DNA of 64,000 bases. It comes from Naegleria gruberi. Taxonomy: Eukaryota. The DNA is taken from the NCBI GenBank assembly GCA_000004985.1, contig GG738885.1; one strand, given 5' to 3'. This document shows, piece by piece, positions 9,839 to 19,212 of this stretch. The stretch's first letter is position 1. Each line of letters begins with the position of its first letter. The notes beneath the pieces are model-generated. The model made no database searches, had not been told where the DNA came from, and worked only from the letters and a program-made list of their open reading frames with translations. The position numbers were made by a program, and so were the translations under genes.

Positions 9839-10807
9839 TTATTCAAAATGATGTTTATTTTCTTGAATGAATTGTTCCAAAGATCTTGGTTTCTTTCCAG
9901 TAACAATCTCAAAATCTGCATGTACATTAGCAGAGGTTCCATTCAATTTGTAAAATTGGAATAATCTCACCAGTCCAAATACTAAAAACTTTGGTAATTG
10001 ACCTAATTGATTAGCCAACTCAATTTCATCAATTCTTGCCCAAGTAATTTGTCTTCCAATAACTTTGGAAATAATCTCAGCTACTTGATCATAATTTAAA
10101 GATTGAGGTCCTGTAATATTGTAAACTTGTCCTCCGTGAATATTTGGATTTTCGGTGAGAATTTGAGCAGCCATATCAGCAATATCTCTAACATCGACAT
10201 GACTAATGTGATATGGAACTCCATGGTCATTTCTTGGCTTGAAGAATTGAGATGAGTTTTTGATGGAATGAATGTCATCTCTAAGGAAGTTTTGCATGAA
10301 TAGATTAGGTCTTAAAATTACGTAGGAAACATTTGGTGCCTTATTCGAAAGTAAATTACCAATTACAACTTCAGAATCGCCATGATATCTGAATAAACTA
10401 TTCGATTCAATAGTTGTTGAAGCACCCAATCCAGATAATCTTATCACTTGTTTCAAATCATACTTTGAATATTGAAGAATCTTGTCAATTAATTGCTCTT
10501 CCACTTTTGGTTGATTTGGTGCACTCAATGTTAAAACGAAAACCCTTTCAATCTTTTCAAATGTACTCGATGGAATTAATTCGAGTTGATTCAAGTCACC
10601 TTGAACATATTCTACATCAAGATTATTTACATAATTTACAAGTTCTTGTTTTGCCTTTTCAACATTTCTCACCAAAACCTTCACTGATTGACCAAATGAT
10701 TTCTGTTCTGAAAGGGCTTTCAATAAATGCTTTCCAATAGTTCCTGTTGCTCCAGTAATAAGAATACTGCTCTTACTATTGGTTGCTGTGATTTCGCTTG
10801 ACATTTT
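9839..10807 (-). CDS. NmrA-like / atypical SDR NAD(P)-binding Rossmann-fold protein
   Basis: The track start at 10858 is TTG; ATG is at 10807 (MSSEITATNSKSSILITGATGTIGKHLLKAL). A GxxGxxG dinucleotide-binding motif starts a ~320-aa NmrA/isoflavone-reductase-like fold. Confidence 0.6.
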   Translation of the reverse strand, partial: KMSSEITATNSKSSILITGATGTIGKHLLKALSEQKSFGQSVKVLVRNVEKAKQELVNYVNNLDVEYVQGDLNQLELIPSSTFEKIERVFVLTLSAPNQPKVEEQLIDKILQYSKYDLKQVIRLSGLGASTTIESNSLFRYHGDSEVVIGNLLSNKAPNVSYVILRPNLFMQNFLRDDIHSIKNSSQFFKPRNDHGVPYHISHVDVRDIADMAAQILTENPNIHGGQVYNITGPQSLNYDQVAEIISKVIGRQITWARIDEIELANQLGQLPKFLVFGLVRLFQFYKLNGTSANVHADFEIVTGKKPRSLEQFIQENKHHFE

Positions 10808-11023
10808 GCTGTTTTTTTTTGTTTGTTTTATTTGCTGCAACTGTTTCAACTTTCCCAATTAATAGCTTTGTCGCACTTGATTTGTACGTGCTGCGCAGAT
10901 CAGCAAAAATATTCTGCTTCTGAAAAATAGTGCACTTTTAAGCAGCGAGTAAGCACAAAATTCCTATTCACGTTTCGAATAAAAAAAGGGGATATTCAGT
11001 ATGCAGTAGAATAGTAAGAAAAA

Positions 11024-11506
11024 ATGTCAACAAGAGCATTCGAAACTGTTAACGTGTATGTGAGTGGAGTTATTCCAAATGTTAGTGCATCAACTGTTTG
11101 GTCACTGATTGGTTCTTTCAATGGTTTGCCAACTTGGTATGATACTGTTGCCAGCAGTGAAATGGACAATAATCAATCGGATAATACTGTGGGAGGTATT
11201 CGAAAGCTCACCATGAAAAATGGTATTATTCAACGTGAAAGATTAATTGCTATGGATTTACGGAATTCTTCTTACACTTACTCCCTAGTTGATGGTATCC
11301 CATGGGAAGGATATAATAATGATTACTTTGCAACTATTTCAGTCAAGCCAATTACAACAAATGGAACTGATAAGGTAGATAACACATTATTGGAATGGGA
11401 GGCAGAATTTACATGTCCACATGGTGAAGGAAAGAAATGGCAACAAGTTATTGAGGGAATATTTGAGTATGGAATTAAATGTTTACAAAATATTTACAAC
11501 AAGTAA
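11024..11506 (+). CDS. SRPBCC (Bet v1/START-like, polyketide-cyclase-like) superfamily small protein
   Basis: 160 aa with no introns. It has the size and hydrophobic periodicity of a Bet v1-like ligand-binding fold (W..I..F..L..W......E..........R.L). The assignment is weak and family-level only. Confidence 0.4.
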   Translation: MSTRAFETVNVYVSGVIPNVSASTVWSLIGSFNGLPTWYDTVASSEMDNNQSDNTVGGIRKLTMKNGIIQRERLIAMDLRNSSYTYSLVDGIPWEGYNNDYFATISVKPITTNGTDKVDNTLLEWEAEFTCPHGEGKKWQQVIEGIFEYGIKCLQNIYNK

Positions 11507-11607
11507 TAAGATTGAATAAAGGTCTTTCAAATGGACTCGATTTTGATTTCTGTCTTGGCTTGAAATTTTGTTTGAATTCAATACTACATTATTAAATATA
11601 AAGATAT

Positions 11608-11687
11608 GTTTACACGGTTAACTACTAGGCCTCATCCCGTCAGACGTTGAGTCACATCTGATAACTTGGTGATGTAGTTATTTTTCC
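11608..11687 (+). pseudogene. Truncated 5S rRNA-derived element (internally deleted 5S pseudogene or SINE-like fragment) with a T-run
   Basis: CCTCATCCCGTCAGACGTTGAG..ACATCTGATAACTTGG.TGATGTAGTT followed by ATTTTTCC parallels the 5S segments CCTCATCCCGTCCGATTTGAG / CACATCAGTA / ACTTGGG / GCTGTAGTC with deletions. It lies 480 bp from 5S copy 2. Confidence 0.4.
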
Positions 11688-12156
11688 ATTTCTATTAAAT
11701 GAAAATGCAATATCAATTACTGGTTGGCTAGTTAGCACTTGTTATCTACTTGCTCGTCTAAATATCAACCTAACAAAAAAAATCTCAGTTAGATTTGATA
11801 CGTTTCACTTTGTGGATAATGTAATTATTATTATCAACAACAGTAAACATATTTCTATTTAAATATTTTATGGAAATATTCATCAATTTTAGATAAATTT
11901 ATCAAAATTATTAAATTTTTTAATTCTTTGCTCATTTCCAATAAAAATTGATTTCAATAACATTATTTTCAAATAGTTGTAATCTTTCAAATCCAATGTT
12001 GTTATTATCAAAATAAGTATTTACGATAAAATTATATTTTCAGAAATATTTTCAGATAACGAAATAAATAATTAGTATTATAATTTAAATTATTACTAAA
12101 AACATCTTTAAAATCATAAATAGTTTCAATATATTCAATCAGTCTATTGGGATTAT

Positions 12157-12172
12157 TCAAAAAAGAAGAAAA
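12157..12172 (-). terminator. Oligo-T tract (CTTTTCTTCTTTTTTG on the minus strand) 3' of 5S copy 2
   Basis: Plus-strand CAAAAAAGAAGAAAAG at 12157-12172 abuts the 5S 3' end. Confidence 0.35.
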
Positions 12173-12290
12173 GACTACAGCACCACAGGTTCCCAAGTTG
12201 TCTCCAACCTCAGTACTGATGTGGCTCGACGATGCTTAACTTCTCAAATCGGACGGGATGAGGTGCATTCATCGTGATATGGCCGTAGTC
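12173..12290 (-). rRNA. 5S ribosomal RNA gene, copy 2 (118 nt, minus strand)
   Basis: Its reverse complement is identical to copy 1 except G2A at the 5' end. It is preceded on the coding strand by AATTAAGGAGATAAATG and followed by CTTTTCTTCTTTTTT. Confidence 0.85.
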
Positions 12291-12354
12291 ATTTATCTCC
12301 TTAATTCTTAGTATACAAACAATCTCATACCACTACCTAATTAAGCAATTGGAC

Positions 12355-13605
12355 CTAATATTGTAGTTTTTCAAAAACTATCTTCATGTTTTGTGGTAAA
12401 TCTAATTCAGGTTTGTTGAACCCCTTCGAATAAATTAGTTTTTCTAATTTTGGTAATTTCAATAAAGATTCCAATCCAAACTGGTCTATTTCAGCATATT
12501 TGATGGAGAGTTCCTTAATGGACTCGAATTTAGAGAAATGTTCTGCTAATTCATTGGTAATACTAAACATTTTAAAGGTTTCCAATTGTTTAAACGTTTC
12601 AGGGTTCAACCTAGCGAGATTTTCCCCATATCCACCATCCTCAAATGAAAGCTCTTTCAATTGACTATTTTTGGAAATTGAATCCATCAAATAATCAGAA
12701 AAATCAGCATATGACAAGCTTAATCTCAATGTTTTGACATTCTCGCAAAATGGTACTCCAAATCCTTCAATTCGTTCTCCATGCAAAGTAATCTTCTCTA
12801 AATGTTTCAACTTATTTATGGCTGCAAATGATTCAACAACTTGCTCACTTGTTGGATCTTCTGTAATTTCACCTCTTATTAGATAAATAACGGAATATAT
12901 CTCTTTAAGATTCTTCCAATTTTCAAATATTTCTGGCGCTGTAAAAATTGATGTTAATGACTTGTTTTTGAAATATTCTAATTGAGGAGTGTTTTTTGAT
13001 ATTTCAATAAAATGTTCAATTAATGAGCTTGAATCAATACAATCCAATGTCAATTTCTTCAAATTTCTACACTGTGCAATTAAAGAAGCCAAGCTGGAGA
13101 GACCATAATCACTATTAGAATAATAATCACATCTAATATAAATATTTTCCAAACTTGGAAATTTTTTCAATGCCCATTGAGAAACATATTCTGGAAGATA
13201 GTCACTAGATAACTGAATTGATTTAACCAAATCTGTATCCACATTTTTGAATGTTCTTTCCAAATTTTCAATTACTTTTTCTTTAGTATTATGTTTCTGG
13301 AGGTTTGGTTTCAAAATATTTGATTTTTCACCTTCTATCAAGTCAATTCTCTTTCCATCATTGGCACAAAGTTCAATATTTATCACTTGTCTTTCAAATG
13401 ATTCTTCCACCCTCGTTTGGTCCCAACACAAATTCTTGAATAAGAAGCAAATATTTCCTGTTGGAAATCTTCCAAAATAATACTTGAAAAATGTTGAAGA
13501 TTTTCTACTGCACAACTTGGCTTCAAATTCTAAATAGGACAAAATTTCCATTATGATTTCTGATGGAAGCTGGTGATAGAGTTCACCACCATCATGTGTT
13601 GACAT
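12355..13605 (-). CDS. F-box / leucine-rich-repeat protein
   Basis: 416 aa with ATG at 13605. The N-terminal LPSEIIMEILSYLEFEAKLCSRKSSTFFKYYF is an F-box. The remainder is irregular LRRs (LKKLTLDCID.., LEKITLHGERIEG.., LKELSFEDGG.., LEKLIYSKGF..). Confidence 0.5.
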   Translation of the reverse strand: MSTHDGGELYHQLPSEIIMEILSYLEFEAKLCSRKSSTFFKYYFGRFPTGNICFLFKNLCWDQTRVEESFERQVINIELCANDGKRIDLIEGEKSNILKPNLQKHNTKEKVIENLERTFKNVDTDLVKSIQLSSDYLPEYVSQWALKKFPSLENIYIRCDYYSNSDYGLSSLASLIAQCRNLKKLTLDCIDSSSLIEHFIEISKNTPQLEYFKNKSLTSIFTAPEIFENWKNLKEIYSVIYLIRGEITEDPTSEQVVESFAAINKLKHLEKITLHGERIEGFGVPFCENVKTLRLSLSYADFSDYLMDSISKNSQLKELSFEDGGYGENLARLNPETFKQLETFKMFSITNELAEHFSKFESIKELSIKYAEIDQFGLESLLKLPKLEKLIYSKGFNKPELDLPQNMKIVFEKLQY

Positions 13606-13943
13606 TTTTTTTTAAAATTGGCTATTTTTCAAAGTTCATCTAAGCGCTATCCTGAAAGATTGAAATGTAAAATTCATTTAAATTGAGAATAGAGTGATGT
13701 TGCATTTGTAACAACTTTATTCCTGATACTGTAACCATGTAGTGTTGTTTGTTACAATTGTTATTGCAAAATTCTAATGATTGTTAACAATTAGCTAATA
13801 GTTAATAAAGATGAGATGATCATAGACACAATAGTATCAATTTCATCAAGTGGAAATGTTGATAATTAAATATTCTGATGAATAGTTTACTTTCTAAAAC
13901 GTTCGGTAATCCTTTCCATGAACTTTAAGATCAACAAAAAAAA

Positions 13944-15002
13944 ATGCAAAGATCACAACAACAGCAAACCATCAAACTCACCAAAGCAAAACAAAAGAAA
14001 ACAATTTCTTCAGAAAGATTGCCAACAGAAACATTTATATCCATTGTTAGAGATTGTGTAAAATTACAACTTGATATTAGACCTTTACAATTCAAAAAGA
14101 AAATCTCTAACGGAACCAGAGACTTTCTTTGTGATAAGGTAAAGAATTCGAAGGCAGTTTGTCGAGAAATCAATAGAGGAGATAATGTCATGATGAATAT
14201 AATTTTCACATGTCAAGATTCTCAACCAATAATTCCAAATTATATTAAGGGAGTAACGAGTTATATTGAAAAGCATAAAATTTCGTACCCAGACAAGATC
14301 ATGTCAATTGACACTTTACGAATTGATATTGAATTTCCGTACCATAATTCAATAACAGAGGTTGCTAAGAAGATTAATTTACATGAGGAAGAATCATTGA
14401 TCAATTCTCTTATAACCATTATTGATAAGGATGATCATCAAGTGTATTTCAAAATGAAAACTAATTATTGCAATGAGGATAAGGAACATTTGTATAGATA
14501 CATTGTAATTGGAAAAATGGATCAAAGTGAGCATGCTTTCATCTTTGATGTGAGCGATTTTATAAATATTTGTGGTATCAATGGTGGTATTCCAAAAAAT
14601 CTCAAAAAGATTTATGATTTGTGCATGCCAAAGGATTTAGTCCAATATTTTGAAAAGAATGGATGCAGCTCAACAAATTCAGATACAAGTGTCAGAAGAG
14701 TTGGATTTGGAATGTTCTTCAGATCAGATACCAGACCACGCAGAGAGCGTTTCGGACAATACTACCGCCCATGTTGGGAATCAGATGGTTCAGTTGCAGC
14801 CTTAGTGAACTCGTACTCAAGGAATGGAGATTATGGTATTCAAATATTGGCACAGGGCGCAAGAGAATTCCATCCAACTGAGTATTCTGGTGAGATTGAT
14901 GTAGGATATTACAAATTTAAAATGGGATGGTGTAGATTCACTTCATTCCAATCAGCCCAGCACTACACTTGCAAATTAATCCAGGAAGTTAAAAATTCAT
15001 AA
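13944..15002 (+). CDS. Hypothetical protein (352 aa); no family recognised
   Basis: Uninterrupted ORF with ATG at 13944. Its codon bias resembles neighbouring genes. The N-terminus is basic and Lys-rich (KLTKAKQKKTISSERLP). Confidence 0.45.
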   Translation: MQRSQQQQTIKLTKAKQKKTISSERLPTETFISIVRDCVKLQLDIRPLQFKKKISNGTRDFLCDKVKNSKAVCREINRGDNVMMNIIFTCQDSQPIIPNYIKGVTSYIEKHKISYPDKIMSIDTLRIDIEFPYHNSITEVAKKINLHEEESLINSLITIIDKDDHQVYFKMKTNYCNEDKEHLYRYIVIGKMDQSEHAFIFDVSDFINICGINGGIPKNLKKIYDLCMPKDLVQYFEKNGCSSTNSDTSVRRVGFGMFFRSDTRPRRERFGQYYRPCWESDGSVAALVNSYSRNGDYGIQILAQGAREFHPTEYSGEIDVGYYKFKMGWCRFTSFQSAQHYTCKLIQEVKNS

Positions 15003-15060
15003 ATATTGAATTTTATTCTGCTACGATTTCTTTTTGAACTTCGATCATAAATTGGTAAAG

Positions 15061-15140
15061 GCAAAATGTGTCCAATAAATAGAAGATTGATCAACCGTTT
15101 CAAATTCTTCAACCAAACCTTGCTGAACTAAGAATCTTTA
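15061..15140. repeat. ~80-nt dispersed duplicate of 16091-16185 (the 3' coding end of the small minus-strand gene at 16086-16510)
   Basis: GCAAAATGTGTCCAATAAATAGAAGATTGATCAACCGTTTCAAATTCTTCAACCAAACCTTGCTGAAC at 15061-15130 is about 80% identical to GCAAATGTTCAATAAATACGAGGGTGATCAACCTTTTCAAATTCTTCAAACAAAACCTGAACC at 16091-16155. The minus-strand reading gives VQQGLVEEFETVDQSSIYW versus VQVLFEEFEKVDHPRIY*. Confidence 0.4.
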
Positions 15141-15195
15141 CGTTTTGTTCCAAGTATATATTGTTATTTAAATACCAGAAATTAAGGAGATAAAT

Positions 15196-15313
15196 GACTA
15201 CGGTCATATCACGATTCATGCACCTCATCCCGTCCGATTTGAGAAGTTAAGCATCGTAGAGCCACATCAGTACTGAGGTTGGAGACAACTTGGGACCCTG
15301 TGGTGCTGTAGTC
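15196..15313 (+). rRNA. 5S ribosomal RNA gene, copy 3 (118 nt)
   Basis: GACTACGGTCATATCACGATTCATGCACCTCATCCCGTCCGATTTGAGAAGTTAAGCATCGTAGAGCCACATCAGTACTGAGGTTGGAGACAACTTGGGACCCTGTGGTGCTGTAGTC differs from copy 1 at about 6 positions. It is preceded by AATTAAGGAGATAAATG and followed by TTTTTATTTT. Confidence 0.85.
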
Positions 15314-15323
15314 TTTTTATTTT
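15314..15323 (+). terminator. T-run (TTTTTATTTT) 3' of 5S copy 3
   Basis: Directly abuts the 5S 3' end. Confidence 0.4.
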
Positions 15324-16085
15324 CAACCTTTTATCATGAGAGGAAATGATTGTTGGTTCGAATCAAGTGTTCCTTTATAGAAGTCCTTTCAAAATGAAAT
15401 ATTCTTTTGCAAACCATGTTAAGAGTTTTACAACTTTTTCAAAATTCCAAAATGTTTCTATTATTTAACAGAGCGAGAAATCATACCAGATGAATACTCA
15501 CAGGACAAAATTGAGAAGGAACAACCACTTTGATTATTGACCAAATTCTAGCTACTCATCCTCTGAGTGAAAGGAGGAGAGTTTCCAGATTCACATTTCA
15601 GTCTTCATGATCTCTGAAATGTCCTTCTAGGTAAGTATGAAGAAAGCAAAGAGTGCAAATTCAAACAAATCTTAAAAACCTTTCCAGATGTATTTATTTT
15701 TGAAAATTGAATTATTGTCATTGTTTGTTTTTTTATGATTTGAATTCTTTGAAATTGTTGAACATGAAGTAAACACCGAGTTGACATAATTATATTGAAA
15801 TTTATGTAGGATGTGAATTGAATCAGAAATTCAGACAGTTCAGAAGAGAATAACGAAAATTCAACTGTGCATAATTGAATATTTTGGTTTTATTTACAAT
15901 GGTTGCCTAGGCTTACAAAATTTTATGGAGTTCACCACATTTTGAATTGTTTGTTTCTCATTTCAACAGTATTCTGTGATTGAGATTTGGAAGTTTTACT
16001 TGTTTCACTTCCAATAGAAGTAATGTTTGAAATAGATGAAGTTTCAATTTCGATTTGATTAAGAAAATATCAAACCAAAATTTGG

Positions 16086-16510
16086 ATCAAGCAACTCAAC
16101 ATGGCAAATGTTCAATAAATACGAGGGTGATCAACCTTTTCAAATTCTTCAAACAAAACCTGAACCAACAAGATTCTGTCTTCGTTGCCTTCACTGTTCA
16201 TACAGTCAAAGACTGTAGCGGGATAGTCGCCATATTCCTGGCAGGCTTCCCGTCCAAAATTACAAATGATAAACAAACAATAATTCTGAAAATTGCATCA
16301 GAACAACAGTGTGATATCATCACAGGAGGTGTACACCATGTACTACTTCATCTGGGAGTTGAGTATAACCACATCTGCTCTCGTAAAATGTTATTCCTTT
16401 GAGAACAGGAGTCAAGGCTTCCTTATTATCACCTCTCTTCAAGATGACCATATTCAATGGTCCCCCTCATGGCCGAATCATAAGCTAGGATATCTATATC
16501 TTCTTCAGTC
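16086..16510 (-). CDS. Small hypothetical protein, probably spliced; exon boundaries unresolved
   Basis: The minus strand reads ATG(16510) MTEEDIDILAYDSAMRGTIEYGHLEER then a stop. The same strand later gives ..NYCLFIICNFGREACQEYGDYPATVFDCMNSEGNEDRILLVQVLFEEFEKVDHPRIY*, ending at 16086 after a TTTTCAG acceptor. A partial paralogous copy of this 3' exon lies at 15061-15140. I could not find a phase-consistent intron. Confidence 0.25.
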
Positions 16511-16953
16511 ATTTTTTTGGTTTCTTATTATTACCTGATTTCTGCATCTTGTGTTCTTGAAGTTTCTTCACTTCTGAGGTTTAAAAGCCCAATAAATATG
16601 ATATTTAATATAATAATTAAATAAATAAGAAAATAATTTTTATTATTCAATTCATTAAGGCAATAACTGGCATATCTTTTCAGAATAGTCCTAAACATTG
16701 ACTTTTCATCATTTTCACTCGTCGTTGAGAAATGAATCAGCTGTACTCGCAACAGTTTACTCAAGATTCAAATTGAATTAAACATGAACCGAGTTTGTGT
16801 CCAGAAACAAAAATCGGTTCATTGACAGAATTTCTTTGCATAAGAACTACTTTCTAAAAATATACATCTCAAACAAGTATAAAAAACAAGGAAGTGCATG
16901 GTGTTTTGAATTCAAAAAAACAACAAAACAAGAAAAACATAACAACAAACATA

Positions 16954-17412
16954 ATGCAATTATTTGTCAAGACACTCACTGGAAGAACCATCACTTTGGA
17001 GGTTGAATCTAATGATTCGATTGAAAATGTGAAAAGAAAAGTGCAAGATAAGGAAGGAATTTCACCAGATCAACAAAGACTCATCTTTGCAGGAAAACAA
17101 TTGGAAGATGGCAGAACTATTAATGATTACAACATTCAAAAAGATTCAACTCTTCATTTGGTGTTGAGATTAAGAGGAGGAATGCAACTTTTTGTAAAAA
17201 CCTTAACTGGAAAGACAATTACAATTGAAATGGAATCGATTGATACTGTTGAGAATATGAAACAAAAGATATTTGATAAGGAAGGTATTCCATCAGATCA
17301 ACAACGATTGATTTATGCCGGTAAGCAATTGGAAGATGGAAGAACTATAAGTGATTACAATCTTCAAAAGGATTCAACTGTGCATTTAGTATTGAGATTG
17401 AGAGGAGGTTAA
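16954..17412 (+). CDS. Tandem di-ubiquitin (two 76-aa ubiquitin-fold units, each ending RLRGG); both units are unusually divergent from canonical ubiquitin
   Basis: The track start at 16894 is upstream of the true ATG at 16954. The product is [76 protein letters not shown] + [76 protein letters not shown], then a stop. Unit 1 and unit 2 differ from canonical ubiquitin at 11 and 15 positions respectively, including K11R in unit 1. Confidence 0.85.
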   Translation: MQLFVKTLTGRTITLEVESNDSIENVKRKVQDKEGISPDQQRLIFAGKQLEDGRTINDYNIQKDSTLHLVLRLRGGMQLFVKTLTGKTITIEMESIDTVENMKQKIFDKEGIPSDQQRLIYAGKQLEDGRTISDYNLQKDSTVHLVLRLRGG

Positions 17413-17597
17413 GTTAGCAAAATATCATAGATTCTCTCAATTATTGCCAATAAATTACACTGTAACTTTTTTTGGCTGTGTGTTCGATTCCATTCAACCT
17501 TTTAGCTTTAGAATAAGTAGATTTGCTAGTCTTCATTTTCAGGTGGAACCAATTGAAAGTTCAAACTGTTAACTGGAAGAAACAATTTTACAAAAAA

Positions 17598-18992
17598 ATG
17601 CCTCTAACAGATTTAAACTTTTTTAAACGCAGAAAGATGAATGCTAGTAAAGAAACTAGTAGCATTCAACTCTCCGAAGGCTTTAAACAATTATTTTCTA
17701 TTAAAGATATATTTCAATCAATTGTAATGGGAGGATTTATTTCTCTCCCTGATGCTATTCGAATGTCGCTAGTTTGTAAAGATTGGTTTCAAATGATCGA
17801 AAGTACGGAATCGTATAACATGTTTTTGAAATGTTTTATTCAATCATCCACTAAACATCTCTCCAAATTGACTATCCAAAATTCTACCAATGGTACTGAC
17901 ATTAGTTTAACAAAAGATCATGCCAAAATAATATATGAAATGATCAGAGGATGGAGTTGTGTTAGATCATGCCAAAGTAATCGATCATTCTATTTCACAG
18001 AGAATAATAATTATCCCTATATTGGTGATCAACATGTGGTGTCAGCTCAGCAATTTTTCACTCCTCATCTAATTAACACTAATTTAACAATTGTACCAGA
18101 TAACATCCCATCCAGAAAAAAAGAAATCTTTGGATTATTTTACAATATCGGAAATGAGAACGAGGAGTTTAATTTTGAGAAAATCTATTGGGCACAGAAA
18201 GAGATAGTGTATAATTATGAAGAGTATTTTTTCCTACCCATGATTAAATTAACTAGAAAGAAAGGAAGCAATATTAATTGGAAAGATATTTATTTTGGCT
18301 CCTGTGCTGAATGGAGGGATGAGCATAAAGAGCTCATCAGAAATATAACCAAGGATGGCAAAACATTTGTTGTGGATTCGAATTTGTCGTATGTTTTTGG
18401 ATCATGTTTCGATGGTGAGGTGGAGCATAAAATTCTGAAAAACATTAGAAAGTGCTCAAGATTTACTCTTCGTCACCTACCATACGAATTTTTGCATGGA
18501 AATTTCAACGATGACGATGATGATACCAAGCCAAATAGTCATAAAGGAGGATTGAATGACTTCTTCAATCTTACTTTGAAGAAGATGCTCTACCGATACT
18601 TGAAAATGAATTTGCTAAATATTCCAATATGTAGAGAGTATATTTTTACCTTTTTGATTTATCTTTCTAAGAAACTTCACTATGCTCACAGATTTTCGTT
18701 TTATCACGATTCTCAATTGGAGGGAAGTTCACTTATTCAATTAGGTGCAGATGAACAGGTAATGGATTGGCTGAATGAATATAAGAAATGTGAATGTAAA
18801 AACTATGATGAGATCTTTCACACCATTGTGAGAGTTGAGTTGGATTATTATGGATCTATTCAGGGAGAGGAGGTAAAATCTCATTTATATGTTCTCTCCT
18901 TAAAGAAAGATGATGAAAATGAAATATGCAATTTTGAGTTTGTGGACTATCATTATTATAATTACAAAATTGTTGGAGAAATTCTGAGTTAA
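17598..18992 (+). CDS. Hypothetical protein with a possible N-terminal F-box-like motif
   Basis: The track start at 17523 is TTG; the first ATG is at 17598 (MPLTDLNFF). IFQSIVMGGFISLPDAIRMSLVCKDWFQMI resembles an F-box. The remaining ~430 aa match no family I recognise. Confidence 0.4.
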   Translation: MPLTDLNFFKRRKMNASKETSSIQLSEGFKQLFSIKDIFQSIVMGGFISLPDAIRMSLVCKDWFQMIESTESYNMFLKCFIQSSTKHLSKLTIQNSTNGTDISLTKDHAKIIYEMIRGWSCVRSCQSNRSFYFTENNNYPYIGDQHVVSAQQFFTPHLINTNLTIVPDNIPSRKKEIFGLFYNIGNENEEFNFEKIYWAQKEIVYNYEEYFFLPMIKLTRKKGSNINWKDIYFGSCAEWRDEHKELIRNITKDGKTFVVDSNLSYVFGSCFDGEVEHKILKNIRKCSRFTLRHLPYEFLHGNFNDDDDDTKPNSHKGGLNDFFNLTLKKMLYRYLKMNLLNIPICREYIFTFLIYLSKKLHYAHRFSFYHDSQLEGSSLIQLGADEQVMDWLNEYKKCECKNYDEIFHTIVRVELDYYGSIQGEEVKSHLYVLSLKKDDENEICNFEFVDYHYYNYKIVGEILS

Positions 18993-19212
18993 TAAACCTT
19001 TCAATTATTATTTGGAAGATGTGACAATAAAGAATTATTTAATGTTTGGTTATATATCTATTGTTTTATCTCCTTAATGAAATTAATTGTTAATTACAAA
19101 TAATTATTGGTTAGTATTTTTCACATTTCTCCACAATCACCAAATAGTAAAAAATCATCACTATTGAATCGTCCTCCGAATTTAAAACCACACAGACAGA
19201 CAACAGAAAAAA

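Noticed and set aside
15340-15362. TGGTTCGAATC T-loop-like motif that could indicate a tRNA gene. A second, GTGTTCGATTCC, is near 17485.
   Set aside because: There is no D-arm, anticodon stem or acceptor-stem complementarity in the flanking 60 nt, so no cloverleaf can be drawn.
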